A stretch of DNA of 64,000 bases from Phallusia mammillata (lineage: Eukaryota), in contig OZ281501.1 in NCBI GenBank assembly GCA_965637545.1, positions 13,702,001 to 13,766,000 on the forward strand. The letters are read 5' to 3'. The notes below the pieces were generated by a model, which did no database searches, had not been told where the DNA came from, and saw only the letters and a program-made list of their open reading frames with translations. The translations under genes were made by a program, and so were the position numbers. This document shows positions 26,501-39,846 of the stretch, piece after piece. The stretch's first letter is position 1, and every line of letters begins with the position of its first letter.

Positions 26501-29500
26501 TTTGTAACTGGGGTTGTGGTAACAGGCGGTAAAGGGGGTTGTTTATCTGGTAAAAATGGCAGAAGCGGAAACTGCACTGAACTGTTTCGAGCAGTGACAA
26601 ATGACAACAGTTCACTAGTGAGGAGTGATTCAGGGTCGGGATTTGAGTTTGGTGAAATTGGCAGGGGCTGTAAAATCGGGTTTACTGCAGCAGTAGTTGG
26701 CGATTGAGTAACGGGATCAGGTGTAATTGGGTTAAATGGTCTTAATGTTGGAATTTCTTGATTGGTAAAATGAACCGGAGGAGGTGGTTGGGTAGGTCTT
26801 AGCTGTAAAAAACAATTGTGGGTTTCAAAAAAAATTTTCATCCATTTATGTTTGCCGTTTGACCGGATTATTGCAACAAATGACATTATTTTCATTATTT
26901 TGAATACTTTAATAAAATCAATGTTAGCGTATAGCTATTGAAACTCAATGAATACTCAACTCTTTTAGCTTGGTAACACCAGTGACGTTCGCAGCAGCCC
27001 TCGGCTTTCGGGGTCAAATCGGGCATACTTGGTAAAGACACAGTGTTGTAGGGGCACGTGAAGGGTGAAACAATTGGTGTGGATGCTCCTCCTAGGGGTA
27101 TCTGAGAACCGGATGATCGGAGCAGGTTAAGGATCGTATTTAAAGTCGAGCCACTGCGGAGACTCGTGGTCGGAGATTCCGGCTGAAGTTGCGACGGAAT
27201 CACGGGCCCTCCACCCGACCTGGACACTGCTATAAAAGTCTCCGGGATAAAGTATGATAAATCCACGCAACAGCCTAGGAAATGGCATTTGGCAACTTTG
27301 TTTGTAACCGTGTCGTTGGACAATTCGTCAGCGATGCATGGGATACGGTTAAAGGTGGGCGCCTGAAACGTAAAACACATGTCACAGCTCTTGCGAACCT
27401 AAAACGATGTAATTTAAGTGTACTGAAAGCTTCAGGTGAATATGATTATCCGCAATTAGAATCGTTTGCATTGAACGCATGTGGTTCGGGGCCATTTTTT
27501 CATTTTTGTGTTTTTGTAGCACAGTTTAAATTTGTATGTAAGTTGTTGCAGCCAGGCAAAATATCAGCTTTATTGAGCTCTTCTGGCAATTTTTGCACTG
27601 ACGTTTAGACTTGCCAGTCTTCCAGTCCCTGATATAAATTAACGGACATTCGGCGCACTGCACTGCGCGCATTTAGCGTTATTTTCCCCAAAGAAGGCGA
27701 CGTGTATATCGAAACGTCTATGCAAAAATGCAATTGCCAAACGAGCTATCTAACGTTGACAGTTCATATCTGTCGGCCAGAACCATTAAAAGTTGTAACA
27801 GAACAGAAAGCTTGCAAGTCCCGAAGGGGAATCTTGGCACCAGTTGGCATAAAATCCACACTGACGTACAGGCAGGGTAATTGCGAAATATTTAGATAAG
27901 TTTAACAAGACTAAATTGCCTGCTCTTTTACAATTGAACTCCAAACGACGCATTTTCACACTTGTTAAGTAGCCCGATCTTGTGGTTTGGTATACCTTGA
28001 CATACTTGATTTGAAGGATTGCATCAAATTAGCCTTAAGTTATTTTTGACCATCGCCCTTTTAACCCTCAAACTTGCGCAGACGTTGATGTGCCGATTAT
28101 AGTTCATTGCAACTCCAGACAATTTTTCTAGCATTGCGAACGCCTCGGGTGATTTGATTTACGTTGATCTGCAGCCCGTAATACTTTCCACTTCAGGGAT
28201 ATTATATTTACTGCCCTAGCTGAGATTGCTTGGTATGTGATGCAAAATTTTAGAACCTATAGGGCTTTTCGGGCCCGGTTCGGGCTAAAGTTCGAAAAAA
28301 CGGTCTTGATTCGGACCTTATGCTAATTATTGCTAAATTTGTGTCATAACTTTACTTTGAAAGCTTTCGAACCTATTAATCTTGAAACCCTTCAAGTTTG
28401 TCAAAACATAAATTGCACAAACACACATCTCAAATGCATGTGAAGAGTTCCCTAAATCTAAATATACTTAGAACCATTGTGTAGACTTTATCTTTTCTCG
28501 GAACTAGATTTTGCGTCAATGCAGATCATTGTGTGAGTTTTATCTTGAATGCGAACCACATAAAATTATTTTTGCGGTATATAACCTGCCGCAGAGTTGT
28601 AAGCCCGGACGGGTTTTTCGGTTCGGGTTCGAGTGCAACTTTAATTAAAACAGTGTTGATTCTAACCTGACTTTATTAGTTTTGGACTTGTACTAATCTA
28701 GCCGGGTTTAGCCCCCCTTGTTTCGAGCTCGCTTACAAATATAATTTACCAACTTACGTTCGAGCACTGGGTCTCTTCTGGGGTGTTGGCGTATAATTCA
28801 GGATAAAAAGTCTGGTCGCTCTGTTGTTGGTTAAAGTTTCGAGGATAATGGCAAGATTTGCTGATGTCATCGTAACAGCAATCCCTCATCCTACATTCGC
28901 TCTTTGTGATAGCTGCAACAGGTTTCAAAATTTACAGCTGAGTTTACATTGAGTTTGGACATGCCTCAATGTCAGTCAAAAGAAATAGACCCGAACAAAC
29001 CGGGATTAAAACCTAAATAGGTTATTGCAAAAAAACTATTGACTGCAGTTACAAGACATTTTCGGTGTGGGAACAATATGGCGCCCGGTTTTAAATTACC
29101 TATAGCATTTTTGCACCTAAAGAGGTTAGGTGTGTTGCTAGGTATTTTGTTCCTATAAAAAGGCACAAAATAAACTTTCGGTTAACCTTTGCGGGAGGAA
29201 AGTAAGACCCAGAGATTAAGATTGTCTGCGATCATATGGAATCGAAACCCCGCATGTACGTTTTAACGAACGAGACTACATTCTTTTCCTTTATAACTTA
29301 ATGCTTATAGTATTCATTTAGTTCTACACGTACTTTGTCGAAAAAACTTTCGACTTAGTAAAGAAAATCGTGGTAACAAGGGTAGGGTAAAACATCCGAA
29401 TATATTGTATGTAGAGTCATTTTCACAAATTTTCTTTTGAACAATTTATTACATTTTGTAGCTTAACACAACAATAAACAAAACACTAATGTGACCTGAG

Positions 29501-32500
29501 ATTGACATTAATTCAATGGAATTTTAAAATGCAACTATAAATGTCTATCCATGTTATGTGTACATCAAGTAGTAAGTAATACCGGTAGCTTACTAGTTTC
29601 ACATTTGGGTGTGGTGTGTAGCATTGCTGTGAACATAACATGCTTATCCCGCTATTACTACGCGATTACGGTCTAATACTTGTGCGACCGCGTACATAAT
29701 TTGCGTTTAAGTTGCGTGTTTGTTTGAATATGTTTTCAAACATGCCACTAAAGTCATGTTTTGAAAATAATTTGGTTGTGCCTTGCGGATGCTGTCAAAT
29801 ATGATCTACAGTCTACACACTGCAGTGTTTGTTGTCTGACAAACTTTTCTCTGAAGTGCGATTAATCTATCATGGTTGACAGCCCACTTCACAGAAATAT
29901 AGGTGTTTTTAAGTTTGCTGTTTAACTATCTCCAAAGCTACGAAAAAAAGCGTTAAAGGGGTTGATCACTGACCACCAGCGTTAAACGTAGAACAAACGC
30001 TTATGTCACGAGCATCAGCTTATAGGTGTATCATAAAATGACTGTATATATCAGTTCCAGTCTCTTAATAATTTATAGTATTTTGTACAGTTGTTATTTT
30101 TACCGTTGCGTAGCCTGCAGTTGTTGTAATTTTTGACTCATATAAGGGACCGTTCTGCGTAGACATTACTCTTGATTGCTTTTGTTACAATTTCGGTCAT
30201 AACGTTGGGACAGGTCGATAATAAAAATACCGGATCGTTTTAGCAAGAGAATAATCTACTTTCACAACTGGTTACGACGTCTTTACTACAAAATATCTAA
30301 ATATTCCAATTCACTTACTTTTCCAGCCGCATTTTGGTCCTCGCACCGCTATGAGGTTGGTCAACGAACATTGGCTTAGTGCTACGTCCAGGTAACCGCT
30401 ACTGTTGATTGTCCGTTCATAAAACTTCACCACAAGGGATTGCGTGAATGGTGAGAAGTTTGTTGATTGGGGCCACATGCTTCTGGCGATCTGACTGAAC
30501 ATAGCAAAACAGAACGGTAAAAATAATTGGTTGTCACGTTTTTGGTTTTGTTTCGAATATTTTCACTAAATTTCTTGCTCTTTTTGAAGACTCGTTTGTT
30601 GTTAATTTAAAAGTTTTTCTTTAGGATGGAAACCGTACAATTTACTACATACTACAAAGTTTTGGCTTCTGCTGATTACGTAGGGATACGTTGCAAATAT
30701 GTTAGTAATAGGAAAATACCTCTAAAAATATTTGTAACTTATGTGTTTTGAGTGTTGCCCTTTTAAGTTGCTTGCTTAGCACTAATACCACTGGATTAGG
30801 AACGCCACTGTTTTTTAACGAATGTGTGCAAAAACATGATTCGTTTACCGAAAGCCGCTGGATGTGGGTCCATGAAAGCAAACCGGCACTCCGCGTAAAT
30901 ATGTCGATCCATACACTTTTCTGTATTGGTAAAGTTCTTGATCGAAACAACACGTAATGTCTCTGTAGCAATCATTCGCATTGCTTTCGGCTAGCGGGTT
31001 GTCGGCCTGGCACTTCGTTCTGGGCAAAAAAATGATTGAAACAAACTTGCCTTGCGTCTTGCACACCTCGAAAGGCAAATTCAAAACATCACAAGCAATC
31101 GGGACAAATGTAGGCCTACATCATATGTTAGCGGGTAACAATTACCAAAACAAATATTATTTTTACAGGAAAAATACAAGTTTCAATTGAGAATGACATA
31201 AGATACGTGCCGGAACGTCATGTTTTTTTGTCTTCAAAACCTTTATTTGCGTACACTTTTGTGTCCTGTAAGCAATAGATTTTTGTGGTACCTGAAACAA
31301 AACGGAACTTCGACTGGGCAAAGTGACAACTGGTTAATGAGTGGATTTTGTTGTTGGTTTCCTTGGTTACCAAGCACTGCATTTAAAAGGAGATTCTGAA
31401 ACACCAAAGTAGTTTGTCATTATAGTGATCAATTCCTAAATGAAAAAATCAGTACACAATTTTTGATTTTTACTGTTTTGCTATGAAACAAGTTCCGGCT
31501 GTAGGCTAGAATTTCAATTTCCAAATGTAAAGTTGCTGTCAAAGTTAAGTATACATATCAACAGTTTACTATCACGAACATACGCAATTCTAAGAATCAT
31601 CGACAAAGAAGCTGCTAGACGAGTAGATTAATTTCCCAAACGATGCAAGCATGATTATCGGGGGCGTATTTATTTGCATATACGAACATGAAACCACTGG
31701 TATTGAGGCGTTAACCATTTGTGATGTTAAAGTTAGGAAAGTTCAAGTATATAACTGGGAATTCTTGATTAATTATTCCGAATCCAGAATATCGAATTCA
31801 GTTCTTCTATCATTTTTTCTGCGCAATATTCAATTTGGGCTATAATGAAGAAAATCCATTGGAAAACATTGGCGGCAAATACCTATTTGACCTTTTGCAT
31901 TGTTTTGTGTCAATAACTATAGTAGATTTTAAGTTTCCAGAGACTTAGTTACAGTAAAACACATACTGCAAACCGAAGTATCGAAAAAAATCCTTGTCAA
32001 ATCTATATGCTGGTATACATGCACAAAATGAACACACAACTTATACAAGTGATAATAAACATACAAGTTATGTTATATCACAAAAATATTTACATTGCGC
32101 TACTGTTGACAAAGTGGACCCAAGCTTACCGAAGCAAGTCCACTAAACGTCGGTACAACGTTACGAGTCGACGGAACATCATTTCGAGGCAGCGGCTGGT
32201 TGTTTGGTGATTGTGTTCCTCCATTCTGACCGAACAATGAAGTGTCGCGGTTTGTTGAAGTAAAAAAGCGTCCTATATCATTCGTAGCCGAGGCTGTAAC
32301 TAAACAATGAAAATGATAAATAAAACTCGATATAGTTGGAATCTTTTTGACGCCATTTTACTTTGACAGCGTCCTCTGACGTTACAAATGCAATTCGTTG
32401 CGTCGCTGCAGGGAATTGTCAATAAAACGTGGCCCTACGAGGCCTAGAAGCGGACAGTTGGAATTTGTTTCACTTTTTGTCAATTGATTACATCACCCCT

Positions 32501-34702
32501 ATGCAAACTGCTGCCAAATTAGTTAATCCAAATATCCGCAACCCATTTCCAACGATTTTCTAAAAGGGGAATCTACATCCTTTGTGCAATGTTGTGGCAA
32601 CGTCAATACGACATGAAGTATTACGAGTTTTATTGGCATGTAGTGAAAATGTCAAATGCCATTCTCAGAAATAAACAATACGTCACAGTATTGTAAAGTA
32701 ACTATGATGGGTTACAAGCTAAACAAAGCTCCGATTAATTGCAGTCAGTCATGCATTTTTGCGAAAGGATATAATTCAACTTTGGTCCCTAAATCGTGCA
32801 CATGTTTATCCAAAGCAGGACAAATACAGAAAATATTTAGTAGGATTGTGTTATCACGTTTTGTAGGTATAGGTAAGTGAAGTGCTGTGAAAATACATAA
32901 ACTCAAATTGAGTTTTATGTGTTAATACATTTGTAACAACATGCAAATCGCAACGACTAAAGTGAACAGTATTTATCAAACTTAGCGCTCCAAAAAATCA
33001 CGCTTTTAAAAAGATTCACTCAAAGTGACCGTTGTAAGTTTATTAAATCGACTTGATATATAATATATGTTCTGAGTAAAAAGTGTTAGCCAAAAACACG
33101 CCACTAATCTAAAAGATATAACTTATAACATAGCCTACATCAGTGGTTCTCAAACTTTTTTGAGCGCGACCCAAATCTGAACTTTATGTGCATCTTACGA
33201 CCCAAGCCTCAAACAACAACAAAATTATTTTTTTTCCTTGTACGAATACTAACTCATCCTTGAAGGCTAACTATTACATCTCCCCGTTCAGTTTCGCATG
33301 ATTAACTTGTCCCATTATTTCCCGTGCTATGACGTTACAATCGCCATGTGCGTAACAGTAAAATTGGAAGGCTATTGTCTGTAAGCGGTAATGATTGGTT
33401 TATTTTACTGTACAACGTGGTTGAGTGAGGCTGTACCTGGCTATGGCTATACTCTGCCATCAAAACTTTCAGAAAACCACTTATGATGCAATACTCCAAG
33501 TTACTGAGACGAAGCAACATAAAATGCTTATGATGCAATAATTCAGTCATGATGGAGAATTAAAAATGAATTGAAAAAGGTTCGTTTGGGCAGAACCGAA
33601 TCGCCATAGCGCGACCCATTTTTTGACCCTGCGCGACCCATGTTTGGGTCGCGACCCATACTTTGAGAACCACTGGCCTACATGAAGGGCGTTGCTAAAC
33701 GTAGCAATTTAGAAAGGCGTTGCTTCTAAGGTAAATGCTAAGGTAACGTGACTTATAAAAGCTCGTTACCAGATGCCAAAGCGTGATATCTAATTGCGGC
33801 ATACATCGTAAATTGTGGTATGAATTCTGCACTCCGACGAATTTCAATCTCTTCACTTCCGACGTAGCTGTCACAGCTATTTTCGCAACAGTCATTTATG
33901 ACAGGTTACCAAAACCTCAAATTACTACAAGCATACCACAAGAATCTATACAAAACACCATCGCTTATGTGGACGTACAGGCCAATACAAAACGGAATGT
34001 ACCGCTTTGTCCAACGCTTGCTAAATGCCGTAAGTTATCGAATTTGTCTCGAACAATACTTGAAAGCTTCCTCCCGTTGGTTAAACCGTGAGGTTTAAGT
34101 GATTGGCAACATGGGCGCTAATTGCGGTAAAATTAATGGCTAGCCTGGCCAACCTCTCGAAAGAACGTCTACCCATGGTTGTAATTGGAATGCGGCTAAA
34201 ACTGTCGTAATTCTTTCCTAGAGTTAAGTGTGTAGTTATACTCCATTGAACATACTGATTCTTGAGTGTTTGTCTATTTGTTGAATAAATAGAATCAAAC
34301 CCAATGAAATGTGACATAAAAGCTTAAATTAACGCTTGTAGGGGATAGCTTTCCATGTAAAGAATAATCCAAGCCTAACCTATATGAGTAAACAAGCTTA
34401 CAGGCATTTTAGTTAGGTCCTCGCCGTTTTAGCCTTAGGAAACGACAGTTTACGTGTACCAGTAATACCCTGACATTGAATACGCCCTGTTTTCCATCTT
34501 ATAGTTTCGAAGTAGCCTCAAGCCTGTCGCAAACATATTGGTCTGGTCAATGTTCTTTGTGTTATAAAAACGCCAGCTTAAAGAACTTTTCCAAACAAGT
34601 TAAAAGACGTCATACATATTTGTGATTTGAAATATTATTTTGTAACTTACCTGTAATAACAAAAGAGAGCGTACAAATCTTGACAAGGAGAATAATATCC
34701 AT
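23579..34702 (-). CDS. Secreted ~1003-aa protein: signal peptide, trefoil (P-type)-like Cys modules, Pro/Thr-rich linker, 7 thrombospondin type-1 repeats
   Basis: 13 exons, 3012 nt, in frame: 34702-34651 (MDIILLVKICTLSFVIT), 32299-32130, 31291-31257, 31115-30849, 30494-30319, 30267-30231, 29152-29001, 28912-28758, 27362-26961, 26802-25578, 25219-25107, 24806-24664, 23663-23579 (TGA). TSP1 motifs are clear, e.g. WGPWGSWESCSASCGQGNRLRYREC and WTTWSEYSPCSNTCGRGTRKRKRFC. Trefoil-like examples: CSNAPTFNRIPC...KCHFLGCCVD and ITKSECRMRDCCYDDISKSCHYP. The two small exons (31291-31257, 30267-30231) are the least secure. Confidence 0.85.
33141..33675. mobile_element. hAT (Charlie-like) MITE, 535 bp (intron 1 of the TSP1 gene)
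   Basis: Perfect 14-bp TIR CAGTGGTTCTCAAA / TTTGAGAACCACTG, subterminal gcgaccca repeats, and perfect 8-bp TSD GCCTACAT at 33133-33140 and 33676-33683. Confidence 0.95.
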
Positions 34703-35591
34703 TTGTTTTCCACTTTGTGTTAATTCCTATTCCAAAGACCTCGCAAGCAATTACATAAGATACATTAAAATCGCTGGCTAAAAACAAAATGAAAAATAAA
34801 TTTAAACTAACAAACAATTCCGCCCGTTGTAATAGGCTACTGTGGCAGAGATTTGCTTTTCCAAGTCTAAAAGCTGTGTTCAAATTTCTGACCTAAATTT
34901 GTGCTTTCAAACGTGTAAAATCGCGGAAATCTCAACCAAAAAACTGACATAATCCATTGTAATCCAAAAAATACCCAACACAACAACAACTTAAGGACCT
35001 CCGCTTAGCGTTTACGTGATAGCGCATTAAAAGGTAACATGTGTCGTTCAAGCATCGGTTATACCTTTTGCCTTTGAGCTGTACATGAACCCGACGCTAA
35101 CTACTACAAGTCATACGCGAGAAAAAATAAAAAACGTTTTTTAAGTGTGAGGCGTTCGCCGAAAAGCTTGCCATGTTTACGCGCTTTTGCCACGACCTGA
35201 TTTTGTTGACATTTTAGTTTATTTTCCTCGTGCTGTTTTCTCATTTCTTGTGAATGAAAAATGTGTTGTTAGTGCTGCCCAAAATTTAAACAAAATGATC
35301 TTTTCTGTAAATCAGTGATTTTAGCAATAAAATAAATTAAAAAATCCTTGCCCAATGTGACTGAATATATGGTGACTGGATAACGCTGCACCTTTATTTC
35401 GCACACTGAATTCTAAGTAGCATTTTTCCAGATTGTACATGTTGAGTGATGGCAAAATTAAGTGATACGTAAAAGTACTACATAACTTCTGGCTGCCTTG
35501 CTAGGGCACCAATTTTGTTGCACTGCAAAATACAGATTGTTTTGTTTTCGCGAGAAATTCGATTTGTACAATTGCATAAATTTTAAAAGCT
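34703..35591. promoter_or_regulatory. Putative bidirectional promoter between the TSP1/trefoil gene and LRRC73
   Basis: The two start codons diverge 889 bp apart (34702 on -, 35592 on +), with a locally CpG-richer stretch at about 35000-35200. Positional inference only. Confidence 0.4.
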
Positions 35592-38500
35592 ATGCTGAAC
35601 GGTGTTGTTCAAATCTGTGGCGAGAAACTAACTACAGATGAAATAAAGGAAATATGTTCTTCCGTAAGAAGTCACCAAGTAACTTTACTGTCACTTCGCA
35701 AATGCAAGGTAACAAAATCAATTACGATTAATTCTGATTTTACCTGTTCTTCTAACTTCTTTACTTTCCACTGTGAAGTAGACTGACTGTTAAGGATAAC
35801 TATACAAAAAATTGGCATTTAACCTTGCTACAACCTTATTTCCTTTGTTGTTTGAACGTTTAACTCAAATGATGATAATTTAGATGTCAGATCGAGACTT
35901 TGAGCGGCTTATGAGATCTATTGCCAAGACAACTTCAGTACTTCAACTCAACCTCAATCTTGGAGTTTTATCAACAGATGAAAGAGTTCTTCATCTTTCT
36001 GATGCATTAAATCTTAACAGATCAATTCAGTCATTATTGTAAGTTATTGTAAGATTTGATTCCAGCATACACCTGTCCGAGCAAAAAAACGGCTCCAGCA
36101 ACCACGCAAGGGGTTCACTTTCGACCCCAATATCTCGCGAACCAGACAAAGCTAAACGGAAACATTTTAACACAACACTTTTCAAAGCCTTAACAAACCG
36201 TTGATGGCCCTCGTTTGAAAAATGATCAAAACTACAAATATTAATACGCTTATGAGTATGACTGCTTAATGCTCTGTAACGCGTTTTGCAGAATAAAAGC
36301 CACTGACATATTCTGTTTCTGCAGAGCTTGCCATTTTCAAAAAGCCCTAACTGGTTATTCTAATTTTGGGGGCTCTGCTCCGAATATTAACTTGAAGTTC
36401 ATGAACCCCTTGCGTGGTTGCCAGGATCGCGTAGGTGTCTGTGTCACACTTGTTATTTCAAAGAAAGCATTGTCAATTAAAACCCGAAAATCTTATTTGA
36501 CAGTTTGCATGGAAATCCACTAGGTGAAAGGGGATTGGCATTGCTTTCAAAATCACTGTCTTTACATCCTTCAATTGTAAATCTGGATGTTGGGGATTGC
36601 AAATTAACAGACAGCTGTGCAAAACTACTTTCAAATCTACTGCCTCCTGATGGTGCTAAATCAGGTACAATTTTTTGTTAACTTGTGTTGTTTATTTATT
36701 ATAATAAGAGCTTGTGTCTGTTTACTATATGTTAACCTGTTGGTGCACACTTTCTTTTAATCTTCTGTTTAAATTGTATTCATGTTGGGCAATAGCCTCT
36801 TAAGTTTTTGTCTTGAAACAAGCTGGTTACAATATATTAATCTGATGCTTTTAAATGATTTGGACTTTTAAAGGGTTAAAAGAGTTGGTCTTGAGTTCAA
36901 ACCCAGGAATTTCAGAGGTTGGATGGTCAACATTATTTTGTTCTATTGCTGCAAGCTCCTGTCTAAGATCACTAAGTGTTGATTACAACCCGGCAATTGG
37001 TGATATAGGAGCAAGAATGTTAGCTGTGATTGTAGCTGGCAGCCACAGCTTACAACATCTTGATATGGAAGTGTGTGGTGTAACAAATACAGCTGCCAAG
37101 GTAGTTATAAATACTATATTTTAACAGTAATCACATATATACCTAAGCTATGTAAACATATAAATTTACAATCACTGTGTAAAAGTTTTAACACAGTTGA
37201 TTGTAAAACTAGTTGTTTGTCCGTATTTTTTTTTCTTTTTTCTGTCCAACGCCCAAAACGTATTTTTTTAAAAACGGCTGTACTGACTAAAGTACAGCAT
37301 CTCTGAGTGATATGCTTTGTTGTTTGGTGCAATATAAGATATTTCAAAGAATTTTTTATCTTTTTTTTTTTATTTACTCATTTTGACCCCTTAAACCCCC
37401 AAATATAGATTTCTGTTTAACGCTGGTTTGTTAAATGCGTTTGGTCAAGAAAGAGTGCTTTAAATTTATTCAAATTTGGACAGATGTTAGTTATTAATCC
37501 AGATTTGATCCTCCTGAAGTTTGACCCCAAACGACCGAGCGGTTCACCCACAGGCCCCTAAAACGAAAAAAATTAACGGCTGTACTGACTAAAGTACATA
37601 ATCTGAGAGTTTCATGCTTAGTTGGTTGGTGCAATGTAAGGTATTCTAAAGAATTTTGTAACTTTTTATTGGATTCACCCATTTTACCCCTTAAACCCCA
37701 AAATAATAAGTTTTAGTCAAAAAATACAAGCCCTAATGTGCTGAAATGTTAAACAATTGTTTGCAGTAGGTTATTCGTTCAGTATTTAAAATTTTGCCTT
37801 AATCGGCCAAATAGTTACTTTTACAGTCCATAATATGTGTACACTGTCAGTCAGATAGAAGTCTCAACTCTCAAGGGAGTAATTCACTTGTTTACGATTA
37901 AGGCGGGTGAATGCAGCGGGATTGCTCAGCTTGACGTCCGGAGCCGGACAGACGTTTTACGAGACAGTTGTGTCGGTGATTAGAAATCAGCTGTTTTTGC
38001 GCAGCTTTGCTATGTCGTTTTATTAAGTATCAAGCACATTTTCAGTTGTGGAAAATTGTGTTTAAAAACTGACCTTGAACGACAATATCAAGGTCAAAGC
38101 AATAGATTAAATTAAAAGTATTTTTCCCGTTCTTATTTACTGTTTTTTTGTAATTATATGACAATAATGATGCAAAAAGAATACTGACAAAACTTTTGAA
38201 GCTGGGTGATTGCTAAAGTTGGTTAAGTTTTTTCTTAAGAATTTAAAAATAACCAGGACATTAAATCCTCACAACCACACGTGTGGGGACCCATTCGTTT
38301 TTGCTTGCAATAACAATCATATATATAGATCAAACGATGTGTATAGTAAATTGGTAAATATCGCATAGAATATATAAAATGCAAGTATATCAGAAAGCCA
38401 CCTTTCTAGTGTTTAATTTGGGATAACCCTGTTGCAAGCATAGAAGATAATCCTGCGTTTGCAGTGAAGTTAAACAAGCACTAGAAATTTTATTATACCT

Positions 38501-38720
38501 GCAACAATGCAGCACTGGTGATAGGAATTAAAAACCTAATGTCATTAGTGATATTTATTTAATTTTCTTCTTTTTCTTTTAGGTGTTTTTGGATTTGTTT
38601 GAGAGTTACCCTACCTCATTGCATGAACTGGTTTTGATTGGAAATTCTGTTTCCAAAAAGCTTTTGAATGAAATTGAAACTTCTTTGAAACACAATCACT
38701 CTTCAGATGATGAAAACTAG
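35592..38720 (+). CDS. LRRC73: Leucine-rich repeat-containing protein 73 (265 aa)
   Basis: Exons 35592-35708, 35884-36038, 36504-36664, 36874-37100, 38583-38720 (798 nt, in frame). Motifs LLSLRKC, LNLNLGV, NRSIQSL.LHG.PL, LLPPDGAKSGLKEL.LS.NPGI, DYNP and YPTSL match vertebrate LRRC73 as I recall it. Confidence 0.93.
36066..36441. mobile_element. MITE-like inverted-repeat element (LRRC73 intron 2)
   Basis: Perfect 20-bp inverted repeat GCAACCACGCAAGGGGTTCA at 36098-36117 and 36402-36421, with outer ca(t/g)acacct arms. No TSD identified. Confidence 0.6.
37274..37704 (+). repeat. Diverged direct repeat, two ~130-bp copies 302 bp apart (LRRC73 intron 4)
   Basis: Both copies (37274-37404 and 37576-37704) run acggctgtactgactaaagtaca...ggtgcaat...aaagaatttt...ccccttaaacccc.aaat. 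Confidence 0.75.
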
Positions 38721-39846
38721 CACATTGCTTTTGCACTTTAAGTAGTTTGTATTAACACAAACCCCTGTGTTCACTGCTAGTTTGTGTAGATATAGTTCAT
38801 GTACCATTGTGATTCAAAACTCTAGTGCAGTTTTTTACCTTGATGGATATTGTTGCTTTTAAAGTATTTCATGTAGATGCAAAATCATGTTGCCAGTTTG
38901 TGTTGTGCAGTTTTTTTACAACAAACATTTTTTATGACATACCTTAAATTGCAAAATTTATTCATTGTTTTAAGTGACATTTTACTCCATTTTGTATGTT
39001 TACCATTCATAATACTTTTTATGTTTCTTATTCATAGAGTTTTCATATTTGATAGTGTACTGCTAAAAACACTGCTCACTGTATTATTTCTTTTTTACTG
39101 TTGCAGTAATGTAACTGCCCACTTGTTCTTTAGTGTAGTGTGACTAGTATTGACATTTTCCTGTAATATGTTTTGGTTTTTAGTTACATACTATTCACAT
39201 GTAAAAATTCATTTAGATTTTTTAATCTGTTTTGCTTCTAGAGTATATTTGGAATTGCCTTTATTCAAAGTAGTGCACCAATAGGTGCATTTTCAATAAC
39301 CTTGATAGATTGGCCTACCTTGAAAATAAGTAGAAAAATAAACCCTATGATCATGTTTCAAAAGTCCACAGGCTCAGATTATGATGTATAGCTAAATTAA
39401 AACTACAAGACTGTTAAGTGTAATAATTCAGTAATCAACTGCTGTTTATCAAATTGGACTTGCCTATAACTAATCCATGATTTGAGATCGTTCTGCTGAT
39501 ACAACGTTGTCCTGGTTTTTAATTTACCAAGTAAAATATTTTATTTACAAACGCTGTTTTACAGTTTATTAAAGATTACATGAAATTGTTTAAACTTGGA
39601 AGGGCGGCCCTCCGATTGTTGGAAGGAAATATGTGGAGAAACGGAGGCTTCTTTGTTCATTGTCTTTTTTTGTTAGAAAATCGGTTTTGACAGCATTTTT
39701 TTAAATTCGCATTTTCATTTCCGTACAATAATAATAGCTTCACAGTTTGATTAGGGTGTCAACTGTTTTTGTTTGTCACTCTTGTACGCCAATCCATTCA
39801 TTCCAAGTAATTGAAGAAAGAAGATAGCTTCACATTGTTGGTGGTA

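Noticed and set aside
27686-27720. Fourth hammerhead-like remnant (aaagaaggcga...tatcGAAACGTC), plus CTGATGA hits at 2825 and 21402
   Set aside because: The core or stems are missing. These cannot be distinguished from chance in this base composition.
28261-28742. Clusters of tcggg/cccga motifs with possible hAT-like ends
   Set aside because: Probably decayed MITE sequence, but neither TIR pairs nor a TSD could be fixed, so the boundaries are unsupported.
32130-32356. Apparent signal peptide MASKRFQLYRVLFIIFIV needing a 1-bp frameshift to join the TSP1 gene
   Set aside because: The hydrophobic stretch is just the translated polypyrimidine tract of an acceptor at 32300. A real phase-1 signal-peptide exon with CAG|GTAAGT exists at 34702-34651, so no frameshift is needed.
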